Virus record (IMG/VR): IMGVR_UViG_3300011242_000001 | Location: 1-50,438 of that record | Source: a virus | Lineage: Duplodnaviria > Heunggongvirae > Uroviricota > Caudoviricetes | Length of the DNA: 50,438 nucleotides | Strand: one strand, 5' to 3' | Part shown: positions 9,104 through 20,148 of the stretch, in pieces | Layout of the letters: the number at the start of each line of letters is the position of its first letter | Position numbering within the stretch: the stretch's first letter is position 1 | The notes under the pieces: model-generated | Database searches by the model: none | The model's input: only the letters and a program-made list of their open reading frames with translations | Told to the model about the DNA's origin: nothing | Position numbers and translations under genes: made by a program

Positions 9104-9451
9104 ATGAGTATCGTTATGGAAAATCATTTTGCGGAACATGAAGGCGCATATAAAGCACGTGTAATGTTTAATACATGGGGTCATACTAATCCAAAATTAA
9201 ACACGGAATATAATGGTTTTGTTATTTTTGCAATTGGTGTGTTTGGCGATCTTGTTATTATTGATTATAATTTTGATGGCGTAGATTCCGGCCCTGTAAT
9301 CTATAATGACTTACAGGCTCATTTTTTTGAAGTAGATCGTGATGTTGGTGTATATCGATTCGACGGATTATATAAAATATATAAAAAAGAAAATAAAAAT
9401 GATAGGTTTGGATATTTTAAAGGCCGAACTAAAAAAATTTGTACAAAATAA
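9104..9451 (+). CDS. hypothetical protein
   Basis: 115-aa ORF ending at a bidirectional terminator (9451-9473). Confidence 0.7.
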   Translation: MSIVMENHFAEHEGAYKARVMFNTWGHTNPKLNTEYNGFVIFAIGVFGDLVIIDYNFDGVDSGPVIYNDLQAHFFEVDRDVGVYRFDGLYKIYKKENKNDRFGYFKGRTKKICTK

Positions 9452-9471
9452 AAAGAGGCTTAAAGCCTCTT

Positions 9472-9945
9472 TTATTCATTAAACCATGATGGTATATCTC
9501 TATTCTTCCAAGTACAAATATTGCGCTTTTCAGTTTTATATAAATGTCTATATTCCAATACCGCATTATTAGTACCCAATTGATCTTTTACAACAATAGC
9601 AAAATTCGTCATTGGAATATCGTTTGGTACTTTATCAATAATACCTTTAAATAAAGGAATTAATCTAGAACTAGCATGAATTTTTCCATATCGATATGTA
9701 TATTCATCTAATAATGCAATAGTAAGATTAAGCAAATAATCAAAATTATTTTTAGATTCGCACACCCATTTTGCGCATGGATGATTAACATGAGTTTTTT
9801 TATACATGCCATCAACAGCTATCCCATGTACATGACATGCAGTAGATAATAGCTGACAATATTCAAGAATCATTTTAACCACGTGTTTATCACAATGATA
9901 TTCAACACACTTTTGAATATCATTATCTAAAATGAATATATTCAT
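9472..9945 (-). CDS. pyrimidine-dimer DNA glycosylase-like (DenV/Pyr_excise-related) protein
   Basis: MNIF.LD, HCDKHVVKMILE..QLLSTA, THVNHPCAKW, EY..RYGKIH motifs; start at ATG 9945. Confidence 0.75.
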   Translation of the reverse strand: MNIFILDNDIQKCVEYHCDKHVVKMILEYCQLLSTACHVHGIAVDGMYKKTHVNHPCAKWVCESKNNFDYLLNLTIALLDEYTYRYGKIHASSRLIPLFKGIIDKVPNDIPMTNFAIVVKDQLGTNNAVLEYRHLYKTEKRNICTWKNRDIPSWFNE

Positions 9946-10325
9946 TACTGACAACAAGGAAATGCATGCTGTATTTGCATATTTGGTTTATGACAATCGC
10001 ATTTACACTTGCCAGCTTGTCTATAAGTTAAAAATAGAGAATCGGCAATCATTAATTTGACATCTTCAACATCTTGATCGGACATTTTATAAGTAATAAG
10101 TCCACCCATTAAATGTTTTACTTGCGCTTCTTTATTAGTCAAATCAATCTTAAAAGTATGAATACTATTACCAAACGTAATTACACGTCCTATTGGTTTT
10201 TCATTATCCATATCAAGATATACATCTTTGCTATATTGATTAGCAATACTAATATTATATGACGATAAATCACCAATCATTTTTAGATGATACACAATGC
10301 TTGGATATGATTCTGATAAAGGCAT
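9945..10325 (-). CDS. hypothetical protein with Cys/His-rich C-terminus
   Basis: ATG 10325 after AGGA; ends CKCDCH...HAFPCCQ. Confidence 0.65.
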   Translation of the reverse strand: MPLSESYPSIVYHLKMIGDLSSYNISIANQYSKDVYLDMDNEKPIGRVITFGNSIHTFKIDLTNKEAQVKHLMGGLITYKMSDQDVEDVKLMIADSLFLTYRQAGKCKCDCHKPNMQIQHAFPCCQ

Positions 10326-10335
10326 AATTTTTATC

Positions 10336-10631
10336 CTACTTATATTTTGCGACTTCATTTAAAATAGTAATACTTTCTAAATATTTGGCGTCGAATGTAT
10401 ATGAACTAATTAATGGTGTACTAATATTAATAATACGTTTAATTGTTTGTACTGATTCAACTAATAATATAATGTCATTACTCTTAAGGCTTGGTTCATA
10501 TGAATGAACAGCTTTGCGATAATCGGTTAAATGATTATCGCAAAGCTGTTCATCTTATAAAGCTCAACGAATAAAGGTCTAGTTGAAAGCTGTTTTAATT
10601 GTTCGTGCTGAATTGTAAAATTAGTTAACAT
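10336..10631 (-). pseudogene. frameshifted (or recoded) ~98-aa gene; not in ORF track
   Basis: GGAG RBS and ATG 10631; frame 0 stops at 10527; -1 frame is open from 10554 to TAG at 10336. Confidence 0.55.
10504..10553. repeat. perfect 21-bp inverted repeat, 8-nt loop
   Basis: ATGAACAGCTTTGCGATAATC-GGTTAAAT-GATTATCGCAAAGCTGTTCAT. Confidence 0.95.
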
Positions 10632-10659
10632 AGTGAACTCCAAATAAGTTAATAGAATC

Positions 10660-10693
10660 ATTATATACTCTATTAACTTATTTGTATATACAT
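10660..10693 (-). promoter_or_regulatory. early promoter
   Basis: ATGTATATACA-N17-TATAAT-GATTCTAT. Confidence 0.75.
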
Positions 10694-10981
10694 TTATGAT
10701 TCTGAATAAATAATAATTTCTTCACCATTATAGATTAACTGACAATCAAACCGATTAATAATTTCTTCAATTTGATCATATGTAATATCTAAAAAATTAA
10801 TATGACCAACTGAATTATCAAATGTCATATTAATGTGCGGAAAATCTTCTTTAAATTTGATATATAAGAAATTAGCAATATCGATATCTTTTTCTGAAGC
10901 AGTGAAGTTACCATTTTCACAATAACCATGTGTGGGGTTACCTTCTAAAAAGTCATCCCAAATATTAAAATAAATTGTCAT
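10694..10981 (-). CDS. hypothetical protein
   Basis: 95-aa acidic ORF in operon. Confidence 0.7.
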   Translation of the reverse strand: MTIYFNIWDDFLEGNPTHGYCENGNFTASEKDIDIANFLYIKFKEDFPHINMTFDNSVGHINFLDITYDQIEEIINRFDCQLIYNGEEIIIYSES

Positions 10982-11526
10982 TTTAATTCCGCCAATTGTT
11001 GATTGATAAATGTAAATGAATCATCCATATTATGATGAGTTTCTGCGCTAATTAATATATCGTTTCTAAACACTAGTGATAAGATATTATTATTTTTATT
11101 TCGTTCATTATGATATTCATATAATGGATGAGATGTATGAATATTAACTTCAGAAATATAGACTTTAATATCATCTTTTTTCCAATATAAATTAGAAAAA
11201 GACGCATGCATATTATAAGAGTTAACTGGTGAATCATCTTTTACAATTAAATCTATTTTTTTACCAATTAGCATTTTTGGATTGATATGCATAATAGTTT
11301 TAGTATCACGATTCATCATCTCTACTCTTAAAGTAAAGTCTTTATTTTTCATTAGAAATTCATCTGTATCAATCCATCGTACAGCTTTAAAAAGAGAAGA
11401 CACTACACGAACAGCTTTAGATGAATTTATAAATTGATGAATATGATATTCTGAATCTACAATTTTAATAGTATAACCTTTATAATTTAATGTAGTATCA
11501 TTAATAAAATCTATTTCATATTTCAT
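10978..11526 (-). CDS. hypothetical protein
   Basis: 182-aa ORF with ATGA overlaps. Confidence 0.7.
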   Translation of the reverse strand: MKYEIDFINDTTLNYKGYTIKIVDSEYHIHQFINSSKAVRVVSSLFKAVRWIDTDEFLMKNKDFTLRVEMMNRDTKTIMHINPKMLIGKKIDLIVKDDSPVNSYNMHASFSNLYWKKDDIKVYISEVNIHTSHPLYEYHNERNKNNNILSLVFRNDILISAETHHNMDDSFTFINQQLAELK

Positions 11527-12269
11527 GCTATATCCCCGATTACAAAAATTTCGTGTTCACCCCGAGATGTATTGACAAATACTTCTGATTTATTCACTGT
11601 ACGTGTGAGAACTGCAGTACCAGATTTTGCAATATCTTTAAGTAAGTCAAACTTCTCATCAGTCATATTAGTACGATAGCGATAAACCATCGGACCATTA
11701 TTTGCAAAACTTTGATACCCGTATTCAAACTTTTCAGCAACATCTCGATCAGTTGTCCAACTAATTCCACCTGCAAAACGTTCATCTACGAATGTTCCAC
11801 GATATACTTCAAATGTTTCAGGTAATGCGTTATAGAATTTGATATCGTCTTCACTGTGAGTAACTTCACGAATAGTTTCAATCTTGTGTGCAAGCAGCAC
11901 TTCTTTATATTCATTGTGATATAAAGAGCATGAATCACATTGTGTCCAGAAGTCGCGGAATAGTCGTAACCAGTCTTTGCCATCTACAAGTGAAGCCATT
12001 AGATAAAGAATTTCTGGGCGGTTGAATGAGTCAACACTGAATAGAAGTTTTTCAGCATCTGTATGATTAAGGCCATCAAGATGAGATAAGATATATTTGA
12101 TAATGGTCCCTTTATTAGCAGAAAGAGCCATTTGTTTTTCCATGTCATTATAGTCTTTTGGAAAATAATCTAGTACCAGGGATTCAATATTAGATAAAGT
12201 AATCAGTGGTAAATCAAATGATTCCAGTGGAAGGGAAACATGTCGATTCCATAATTCAGATGCATTCAT
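11523..12269 (-). CDS. putative ADP-ribosyltransferase-fold protein (early)
   Basis: VYRG ... GISWTTDRDVAEKF ... GEHEIFV (R-S-ExE pattern); early promoter at 12301-12333. Confidence 0.6.
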   Translation of the reverse strand: MNASELWNRHVSLPLESFDLPLITLSNIESLVLDYFPKDYNDMEKQMALSANKGTIIKYILSHLDGLNHTDAEKLLFSVDSFNRPEILYLMASLVDGKDWLRLFRDFWTQCDSCSLYHNEYKEVLLAHKIETIREVTHSEDDIKFYNALPETFEVYRGTFVDERFAGGISWTTDRDVAEKFEYGYQSFANNGPMVYRYRTNMTDEKFDLLKDIAKSGTAVLTRTVNKSEVFVNTSRGEHEIFVIGDIA

Positions 12270-12486
12270 ATTCTTAATCCATTGATTAGTTGATAAAAAT
12301 ATTATAATGCATCAGCGGTTAAATGTATATACATTTTAATAAAAAAGCACTTGTTATTGAGGTAAATAAAATAATTCAATTCGGGTGATGTAAATAAATG
12401 AAATTTGCCGATTTTTTACTATAAGAAAATAAAGACTATAATGATTTAATGGATATGAAATAAAAAAGGACCTTGCGGTCCTTTTT

Positions 12487-12750
12487 TTAATAGTATTCGG
12501 GTCTAGAGCTAGTTATTTTAACCAAGTCAGGGTGTTCACTAGCACGCTTACCATCAAGTGAAACGATTTGATCAATATAACACCAAAAACCGCCTTGACG
12601 TGGAACTTTATAGCTAATAGTCCATGCTTCACGATCTTCATCCCATTCAAGTGAGCACTTTTCTGTTTTACCAGTAACAGTCTTGCCATCCCATGTACGA
12701 ACCGTTACTGGTACAGAGCGTAAACCGTTTTTATTAATAACTTTAGCCAT
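12487..12750 (-). CDS. hypothetical protein
   Basis: 87-aa ORF; AAGGA RBS; own promoter (12790-12823) and GGACC terminator (12463-12488). Confidence 0.8.
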   Translation of the reverse strand: MAKVINKNGLRSVPVTVRTWDGKTVTGKTEKCSLEWDEDREAWTISYKVPRQGGFWCYIDQIVSLDGKRASEHPDLVKITSSRPEYY

Positions 12751-12789
12751 ACTGTATTTCCTTAATAATCAACATTATCTGATAGAATC

Positions 12790-12823
12790 ATTATAGCACA
12801 CCAAAATTTATTTGTATATACAT
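12790..12823 (-). promoter_or_regulatory. early promoter
   Basis: ATGTATATACA-N17-TATAAT-GATTCTAT. Confidence 0.75.
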
Positions 12824-12893
12824 TTATTAAAATTAAATAAAAAAAGATCGTGATCTTGGGGTAAAGATCACGATCTATAAAGAGAGAAATCGT

Positions 12894-12970
12894 TGGTGGG
12901 CCCAGACAGACTTGAACTGTCGACCATTCCATTATGAGTGGAGTGCTCTAACCAACTGAGCTATAGGCCC
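12894..12970 (-). tRNA. tRNA with CAU anticodon, probably tRNA-Ile2 (lysidine) rather than Met
   Basis: GGGCCTATAGCTCAGTTGGTTAGAGC-A-CTCCA-CTCATAA-TGGAA..TTCAAGT..TGGGCCC-A-CCA; C4-G69/C5-G68 pairs as in TilS substrates. Confidence 0.9.
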
Positions 12971-13122
12971 AAAATATAAATATCATTTGATACATTTTAT
13001 CTTAGATATTTATATTCCGATTAATTATGTAACACCTAAATTTGTTAAACTTAACTCACGGAGACAAATTAAGTTTAACGTTACATAATAATCTTAAGTA
13101 ACAATGTTTGTTAGCTTATGTG
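12971..13122 (-). ncRNA. structured leader (two long hairpins) upstream of the CAU tRNA
   Basis: nested inverted repeats at 13019-13093 and 12973-13016; GTTTACA...TATAAT promoter at 13127-13156. Confidence 0.5.
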
Positions 13123-13235
13123 TTCTATTATATATGTTTTATTTTATTTGTAAACATATAATAGTATAAAATTTAAACAATCAATAAATTATTTATTAAA
13201 TATATTTAAATCACTACTTATTGGAATTATCTAAC

Positions 13236-13583
13236 ATGACATTTTTAGAATTTTTAAATGAAGCGACACAAAATATAAAGACTACTAATGCAGGCATCAA
13301 CCTACAGCTTGCAAATGAAGATGATAAAGATAAAGCAAAATTATCAAAATTTGTTGTAGCGTTGAAAAAGAATGGAATTGTATTAGGTGATTTAAAAGAT
13401 GATACGTTTAATAAAATCGAATTTGCCGCCAAGAAATTTGATTACGAAGCATTTATAAATAGTCTTAAAGGTGTGTATAACGATTTTGATCAAGAAGTTT
13501 CAGTTAATGGCAGTTTCATATATGACGATAAAAAATATAATATTGAAACAGAAGAAGAAATGATATACGTTGATGTTGTATAA
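13236..13583 (+). CDS. putative internal head protein with CTS-like leader MTFLEFLNE
   Basis: ATG 13236 gives the shared leader. Confidence 0.7.
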   Translation: MTFLEFLNEATQNIKTTNAGINLQLANEDDKDKAKLSKFVVALKKNGIVLGDLKDDTFNKIEFAAKKFDYEAFINSLKGVYNDFDQEVSVNGSFIYDDKKYNIETEEEMIYVDVV

Positions 13584-13624
13584 TTAAAAATGGGATCTTA
13601 ATAGATCCCTTAGTTTTTATATGA

Positions 13625-13975
13625 TTAATTTATTATTTTAATCTTTGATGTCATTGCACAGAGATCGGTTTCAATTAATAAAACACCTTTATCATTTTTA
13701 GTTTGATCTTCATACATATCGTACTCAAATGTACTACCTCGTTTAATTAAATCAGAGTTAATGCATTTGTGGTGACCTGCGGCTGTATATACATGTGGCG
13801 CACCTTTAATAGTATATTTCATATCTATAATATCCGAACGGTGTCGTCTATTTATTTCACTAACTGTAATAATTTTTGTTATTTGTATATAATTAGATAA
13901 ATCAACTTGGGTTATTGGTTCAGGTGCACATGCCGTTACTAATAATACTAATGGAATAATTAAAATATTTTTCAT
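13625..13975 (-). CDS. putative lipoprotein
   Basis: MKNILIIPLVLLVTA|C lipobox. Confidence 0.75.
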   Translation of the reverse strand: MKNILIIPLVLLVTACAPEPITQVDLSNYIQITKIITVSEINRRHRSDIIDMKYTIKGAPHVYTAAGHHKCINSDLIKRGSTFEYDMYEDQTKNDKGVLLIETDLCAMTSKIKIIN

Positions 13976-13996
13976 ATAATGTCCAATAATTAGTTA

Positions 13997-14280
13997 ATAA
14001 AAAACCCGATTCATATTATTATCCTACACCATGTCTGACGTGTTATAAAATAATAATATTCATCGGGCTAAAGTCTTACTGGTTACCCTCTTAGCACGAC
14101 GTCAAAACCATTTATTAGTCGTAGTAACCAGTAAGACTTTTTTAACTTTTTAAACATACATATTTTATGGAATGATAAAGAGTTAGTTTGGCAACATCAA
14201 TTGTCACTTAAATTTAATTAAGGTTAATTGTTTCTTTAACATTATATCCGGTTGATATTTATGTCAATCAGCTTATGTAT
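13997..14280 (-). ncRNA. candidate ncRNA of four consecutive long hairpins ending in a terminator
   Basis: no ORF; perfect 17-bp IR AAAGTCTTACTGGTTAC/GTAACCAGTAAGACTTT; promoter at 14284-14312. Confidence 0.55.
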
Positions 14281-14327
14281 TCCATTATATATGTTTTTTT
14301 ATATTTGTACATAGTTTTTTTACAAAT

Positions 14328-15272
14328 TTAAAGCATATGTTTAATTTTATCCCAAAGTTTTAGCTTAATTGCAACAGCATTGCCACTAAACCATAATTCC
14401 AGGTTGTCATTATTCGTCAATGTAGGTAATTCTTTTGTTGCTACTTCTTCAAATCCAAGCTCCGCAGGACTATACGCTTTTAATATAATAGATTCTACTT
14501 TATCTGAATCTAATCCAAATATTTTAACTGCCACGATACTGGCATTGTTTTTGTCATCATGCAAAAAGTCAGTAATTTCCTCGACTGAATATCCTGTATC
14601 AAATTCATATATATTATCAATATAATCTTTTATATCATCTTCTGTTGCATCATAATCTTTATCATTGCCATTTTCTTCATAATAGTCGTTTTCAACCGTA
14701 TCTTTAAAATCTTGAACAGCATCAGCAACTAAAATTTCTAACTTATTAACAAACGAACGATAATCTTCTTCTAAGCCCATAGCTTCAAAAATATCATTCC
14801 ATTCATTAATTTTGAAAGTATAACCATTGATAGTAACGTCTTTACGCCAAATATCATCTTCAGTAACACTACCTAATATAGTTTCTTTAAATGGCAAAAT
14901 TACATATGGTGTACCATAAAGACTAGCTGTCATTGTTGATGTTGTACATATAATAGATTCTGATCGTTTAGGGAAATTTTTATATGATGGTACTGTATCA
15001 AAAATATTATCTAAAATTACTGTATAATAATTTGTTGTATTTTTTGAACTACGCTTACCTTTTTTAGCATCGATAATAAAAAAATCGTTTGTATCATATT
15101 TTGCTGTTTCAAACCCACGATACAAATAATATTTCATACTACAATGCTTTTTAATTACGTCAAATGCAGTATGAATATCACAATCTTTCATATAACGTTC
15201 TAAATCTTTAAATGCAATATGTACTTCAGGGTCTTTTGCTGACTCTTTTAATAAAAATTGATGAAATTTCAT
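14328..15272 (-). CDS. putative packaged protein, ART-like paralogue family A (leader MKFHQFLLKE)
   Basis: LYRG, P.RS.SIICTTS...A..YG, DIW, ELWFSG; TATAAATA at 15296-15303 (- strand). Confidence 0.7.
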   Translation of the reverse strand: MKFHQFLLKESAKDPEVHIAFKDLERYMKDCDIHTAFDVIKKHCSMKYYLYRGFETAKYDTNDFFIIDAKKGKRSSKNTTNYYTVILDNIFDTVPSYKNFPKRSESIICTTSTMTASLYGTPYVILPFKETILGSVTEDDIWRKDVTINGYTFKINEWNDIFEAMGLEEDYRSFVNKLEILVADAVQDFKDTVENDYYEENGNDKDYDATEDDIKDYIDNIYEFDTGYSVEEITDFLHDDKNNASIVAVKIFGLDSDKVESIILKAYSPAELGFEEVATKELPTLTNNDNLELWFSGNAVAIKLKLWDKIKHML

Positions 15273-15341
15273 TTTTAACCTTATTTTTTTTATTTTATTT
15301 ATAATAAGTAAAAAGACGATCGTCTTTTTACTTAAAAACTA

Positions 15342-15752
15342 TTAAGAAGTGATTGTTAATGTATCTAATGAGATAAACAAATCTGCATTAAACTCGCCTG
15401 TATCATCATGATCTTTATTATTGGCATAATCATTGCCTTTCAATTTTAATGCAGCCATATCATCAGTATCTGGAACAATACCTTTTGAATCCGTTCCATC
15501 AGTTGGGACTAATTCAATGCCCGCTTCTTTTGCTTCTTCAATAACAAGAGCAGTCAATTTTGCAATACCAAGACTATTTACAAGTGCTTTGACTTTAGAT
15601 AGATCAACAATTAGTTGATTACCGCTTTTACCAGTTACGTCAATTTCACCTTTAATTGCAGGACCAAAAACGCCAATGATAATTGCTTCAAAGTTCTTTG
15701 CACCTAAGCGTTTATTGCCTTTAGCTTCGTTTAAAAAATCTGAAAATGCCAT
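15342..15752 (-). CDS. putative internal head protein with CTS-like leader MAFSDFLNE
   Basis: ATG 15752 after AGGA gives the shared leader. Confidence 0.7.
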   Translation of the reverse strand: MAFSDFLNEAKGNKRLGAKNFEAIIIGVFGPAIKGEIDVTGKSGNQLIVDLSKVKALVNSLGIAKLTALVIEEAKEAGIELVPTDGTDSKGIVPDTDDMAALKLKGNDYANNKDHDDTGEFNADLFISLDTLTITS

Positions 15753-15777
15753 TTTATATATTCCTATAGTTTTATTA

Positions 15778-16068
15778 TTATTTATGCCAATTATCTGCGT
15801 TTGCAATAAGTTCATTAATAAAATTCATAGATGAGGCATCAAAAGTTACACCTTGAACAATATCTTTTGACGATGCAAAAAATTTATCTAATTCATGAAC
15901 AAAATTTAAAAATTGACCTAATGTAAGAGAGTCACTAATGAAAGTTAATTCATTTAATAAATCAGGTGAGTGTGGACCTTCATTAGCCAAAAATTCAAAA
16001 AAGCGGGAATTAGCAATTTTGTTTAATGCGTCTGGTGTATATGTAATAGACTGAATAAATTGTTTCAT
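15778..16068 (-). CDS. hypothetical protein
   Basis: 96-aa ORF downstream of an early promoter at ~16097-16130. Confidence 0.7.
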   Translation of the reverse strand: MKQFIQSITYTPDALNKIANSRFFEFLANEGPHSPDLLNELTFISDSLTLGQFLNFVHELDKFFASSKDIVQGVTFDASSMNFINELIANADNWHK

Positions 16069-16170
16069 GTGGACTGCTCAATTAGTATATACGTCAATTA
16101 TACCGCTAAAAATTATATTTGTATATACATAATTTATATTTTATGATATATTGATTTTATTATTTAAAAG

Positions 16171-16434
16171 GTGAATATTATGATTATTGGAACTGCAATT
16201 AAAATTGGTGACTTAACTGTAACTGCATTTGAAGCACCACATGATGAATGTATTAGAAAAGCTAATGATTTATGCATTAATAATATTAATGATCATTTAC
16301 AAATTTATGAAAATTACGGTTTTTATGATGAGAATGGAAAGTTTTATTCGCGTGAGGAAGCCGCTAAACATGCATTTGAATGTGGACAACTCCCTCATGC
16401 TGATGGTACTACTAGCCAACATTATGATTGGTAA
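16171..16434 (+). CDS. conserved hypothetical phage protein
   Basis: GF.D..GKFYSREEA.K.A..CGQ motif. Confidence 0.65.
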   Translation: MNIMIIGTAIKIGDLTVTAFEAPHDECIRKANDLCINNINDHLQIYENYGFYDENGKFYSREEAAKHAFECGQLPHADGTTSQHYDW

Positions 16435-16801
16435 TTAATGGTTGACATGGTTTAGTAACTAAGTTTACACTTAAAAGTGTAACTTTATTACCTTCTAAAA
16501 GATACATTGGCGCAAGCTCGCACATATCTTTATAATTAATTGGTAATTCAATTGATGATGAAAATACTAAATTGTTTTCATCATCAATTTCTTTATATAA
16601 AATATTACTTTCTTTATGATTTATAATAAAATGTTTATTAGTGGCGGCATGTGCTAAATCTTCAATAGTATATTCGCCAGTTGTACCAATTAATTTTTTT
16701 GCTTTTAATTGTTTACGAATTGATTTTAATATTTGTTCACTATATTTGCGGCCATTTTTAGAAACAAGCTTAACAGGTAATTTATAAATAAATTCGCTCA
16801 T
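16412..16801 (-). CDS. hypothetical protein
   Basis: 129-aa ORF, AAGGA RBS. Confidence 0.65.
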   Translation of the reverse strand: MSEFIYKLPVKLVSKNGRKYSEQILKSIRKQLKAKKLIGTTGEYTIEDLAHAATNKHFIINHKESNILYKEIDDENNLVFSSSIELPINYKDMCELAPMYLLEGNKVTLLSVNLVTKPCQPLITNHNVG

Positions 16802-16812
16802 AAAAATATCCT

Positions 16813-17115
16813 TTATATAAATCTATATGTAAATTTACATTGTGCGTTTGAATAATAGTGCTCAATGAATTCTATTTTACATGGGTAACTATCTGCTTGT
16901 ATTAATGGTAATTTATAAGCATTCATAATTAATATTAATTCAAACTCATCTTTACAAGTCCATATATCAATATCATTACGTTCTACATAAAACTTAATAC
17001 CGTGAAATATAAGTTCATCATCATTAAATTGAATATAGCCATCCTTAACATGAATATATCCATTATTATAAAATTCTTTATAAGAATGAAAATAATTTAT
17101 ATTCAGGCTTTTCAT
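16813..17115 (-). CDS. hypothetical protein
   Basis: 100-aa ORF, GGAG RBS. Confidence 0.65.
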   Translation of the reverse strand: MKSLNINYFHSYKEFYNNGYIHVKDGYIQFNDDELIFHGIKFYVERNDIDIWTCKDEFELILIMNAYKLPLIQADSYPCKIEFIEHYYSNAQCKFTYRFI

Positions 17116-17147
17116 TATACAACTCCAAATATATCATATACAAAATT

Positions 17148-17174
17148 AAAAAGAGACTCGAAAGTCTCTTTTTA
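17148..17174. terminator. terminator (GAGAC family), identical to the one at ~19760-19783
   Basis: AAAAGAGACTCGAAAGTCTCTTT. Confidence 0.8.
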
Positions 17175-17184
17175 TTATTTTATT

Positions 17185-19094
<1,910 letters not shown>

Positions 19095-19218
19095 TATAAA
19101 CTCCTACGTTATAGACTTGTATTTAGTTCAAAATTATATAACATATATAGTGCTTAATATATATTTTTAAATGAAAAAATTGGACAAATATGTCCAATTT
19201 TATTTGTTTGCTTATATT

Positions 19219-19716
19219 TTATTCAGTTTCATTTAATATAAAAGTTAATGTTGCAATGCCGTCTTCAACGGTGCTACGTAATACGCGCTTAACTTTTAAT
19301 TTTTGTTCTTCAATAATAGAAGTAACTTCTTCTTTAATATCTTTTGCTAATTCATTTTTATCATCGCGATAATTTGCCGGTGCTTCTTTACCATAATTAT
19401 AATGTACTACCACTACAGAATTTTTATCTTCATTAATAAATTCTATCGCCCGAATTGAAATTTTCATTTCACGACAAGCATCAACAATATAGCCTTCAAT
19501 TTTATGTTGTAGTTCTTTATCTAAAGATTCTTTAATCGCATTTGCGTCATATACTTCATTGTCAGTTTTAGTTTTTTCAACTTCTTTTTTAGCAGGTACT
19601 TCTTTATCTTTTTTCTTTTCTACGTCATTCTCTTCAGATTCTGTTTCTTTAGTTTCTACGTCTTTTTTAACCAGGTCTTCTTTTTTAATTTCATTTAAAA
19701 AGTCTGTAAATTTCAT
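19219..19716 (-). CDS. putative internal head protein with CTS-like leader MKFTDFLNE
   Basis: leader motif, then a K/E-rich low-complexity segment. Confidence 0.7.
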   Translation of the reverse strand: MKFTDFLNEIKKEDLVKKDVETKETESEENDVEKKKDKEVPAKKEVEKTKTDNEVYDANAIKESLDKELQHKIEGYIVDACREMKISIRAIEFINEDKNSVVVVHYNYGKEAPANYRDDKNELAKDIKEEVTSIIEEQKLKVKRVLRSTVEDGIATLTFILNETE

Positions 19717-19788
19717 TTTTATAATCCTAATAGTATTTTTATATTATTTAGGAAGTATAAAAAAGAGACTCGAAAGTCTCTTTATTTT

Positions 19789-20148
19789 TTAATATTTATC
19801 GTTATATTCTATTACTACAACTTCTTGAGGTGTAACAACTTTAAATTCTTCATATGTTGCACCGTCATATGAATAATAATATCCATTAAATTTAATATAT
19901 ACAATTTCATCACGTTTTTTAAAAGATAAAACTGTATAAAATTCGACACCCATATCTTCACCGCCATAGCTATCTTCAACAGTAATTTTATCAATAGCAA
20001 GCTTGGCAATTAAAAGTAAAATAGATTCGTTGTCAATGTCTGTTACTTCGCCAACTTTATATTCAATTGGATCATAAAAGAAATTAGATCGAATATCTTT
20101 TTCCGATAGGTTTTTTAATTCTTTTACTAAATCATATTCTAAAATCAT
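19789..20148 (-). CDS. conserved acidic phage protein (GGED.G..F/YY.V..F...KF.G.Y.SY.G family)
   Basis: tandem paralogue of 20145-20555. Confidence 0.8.
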   Translation of the reverse strand: MILEYDLVKELKNLSEKDIRSNFFYDPIEYKVGEVTDIDNESILLLIAKLAIDKITVEDSYGGEDMGVEFYTVLSFKKRDEIVYIKFNGYYYSYDGATYEEFKVVTPQEVVVIEYNDKY

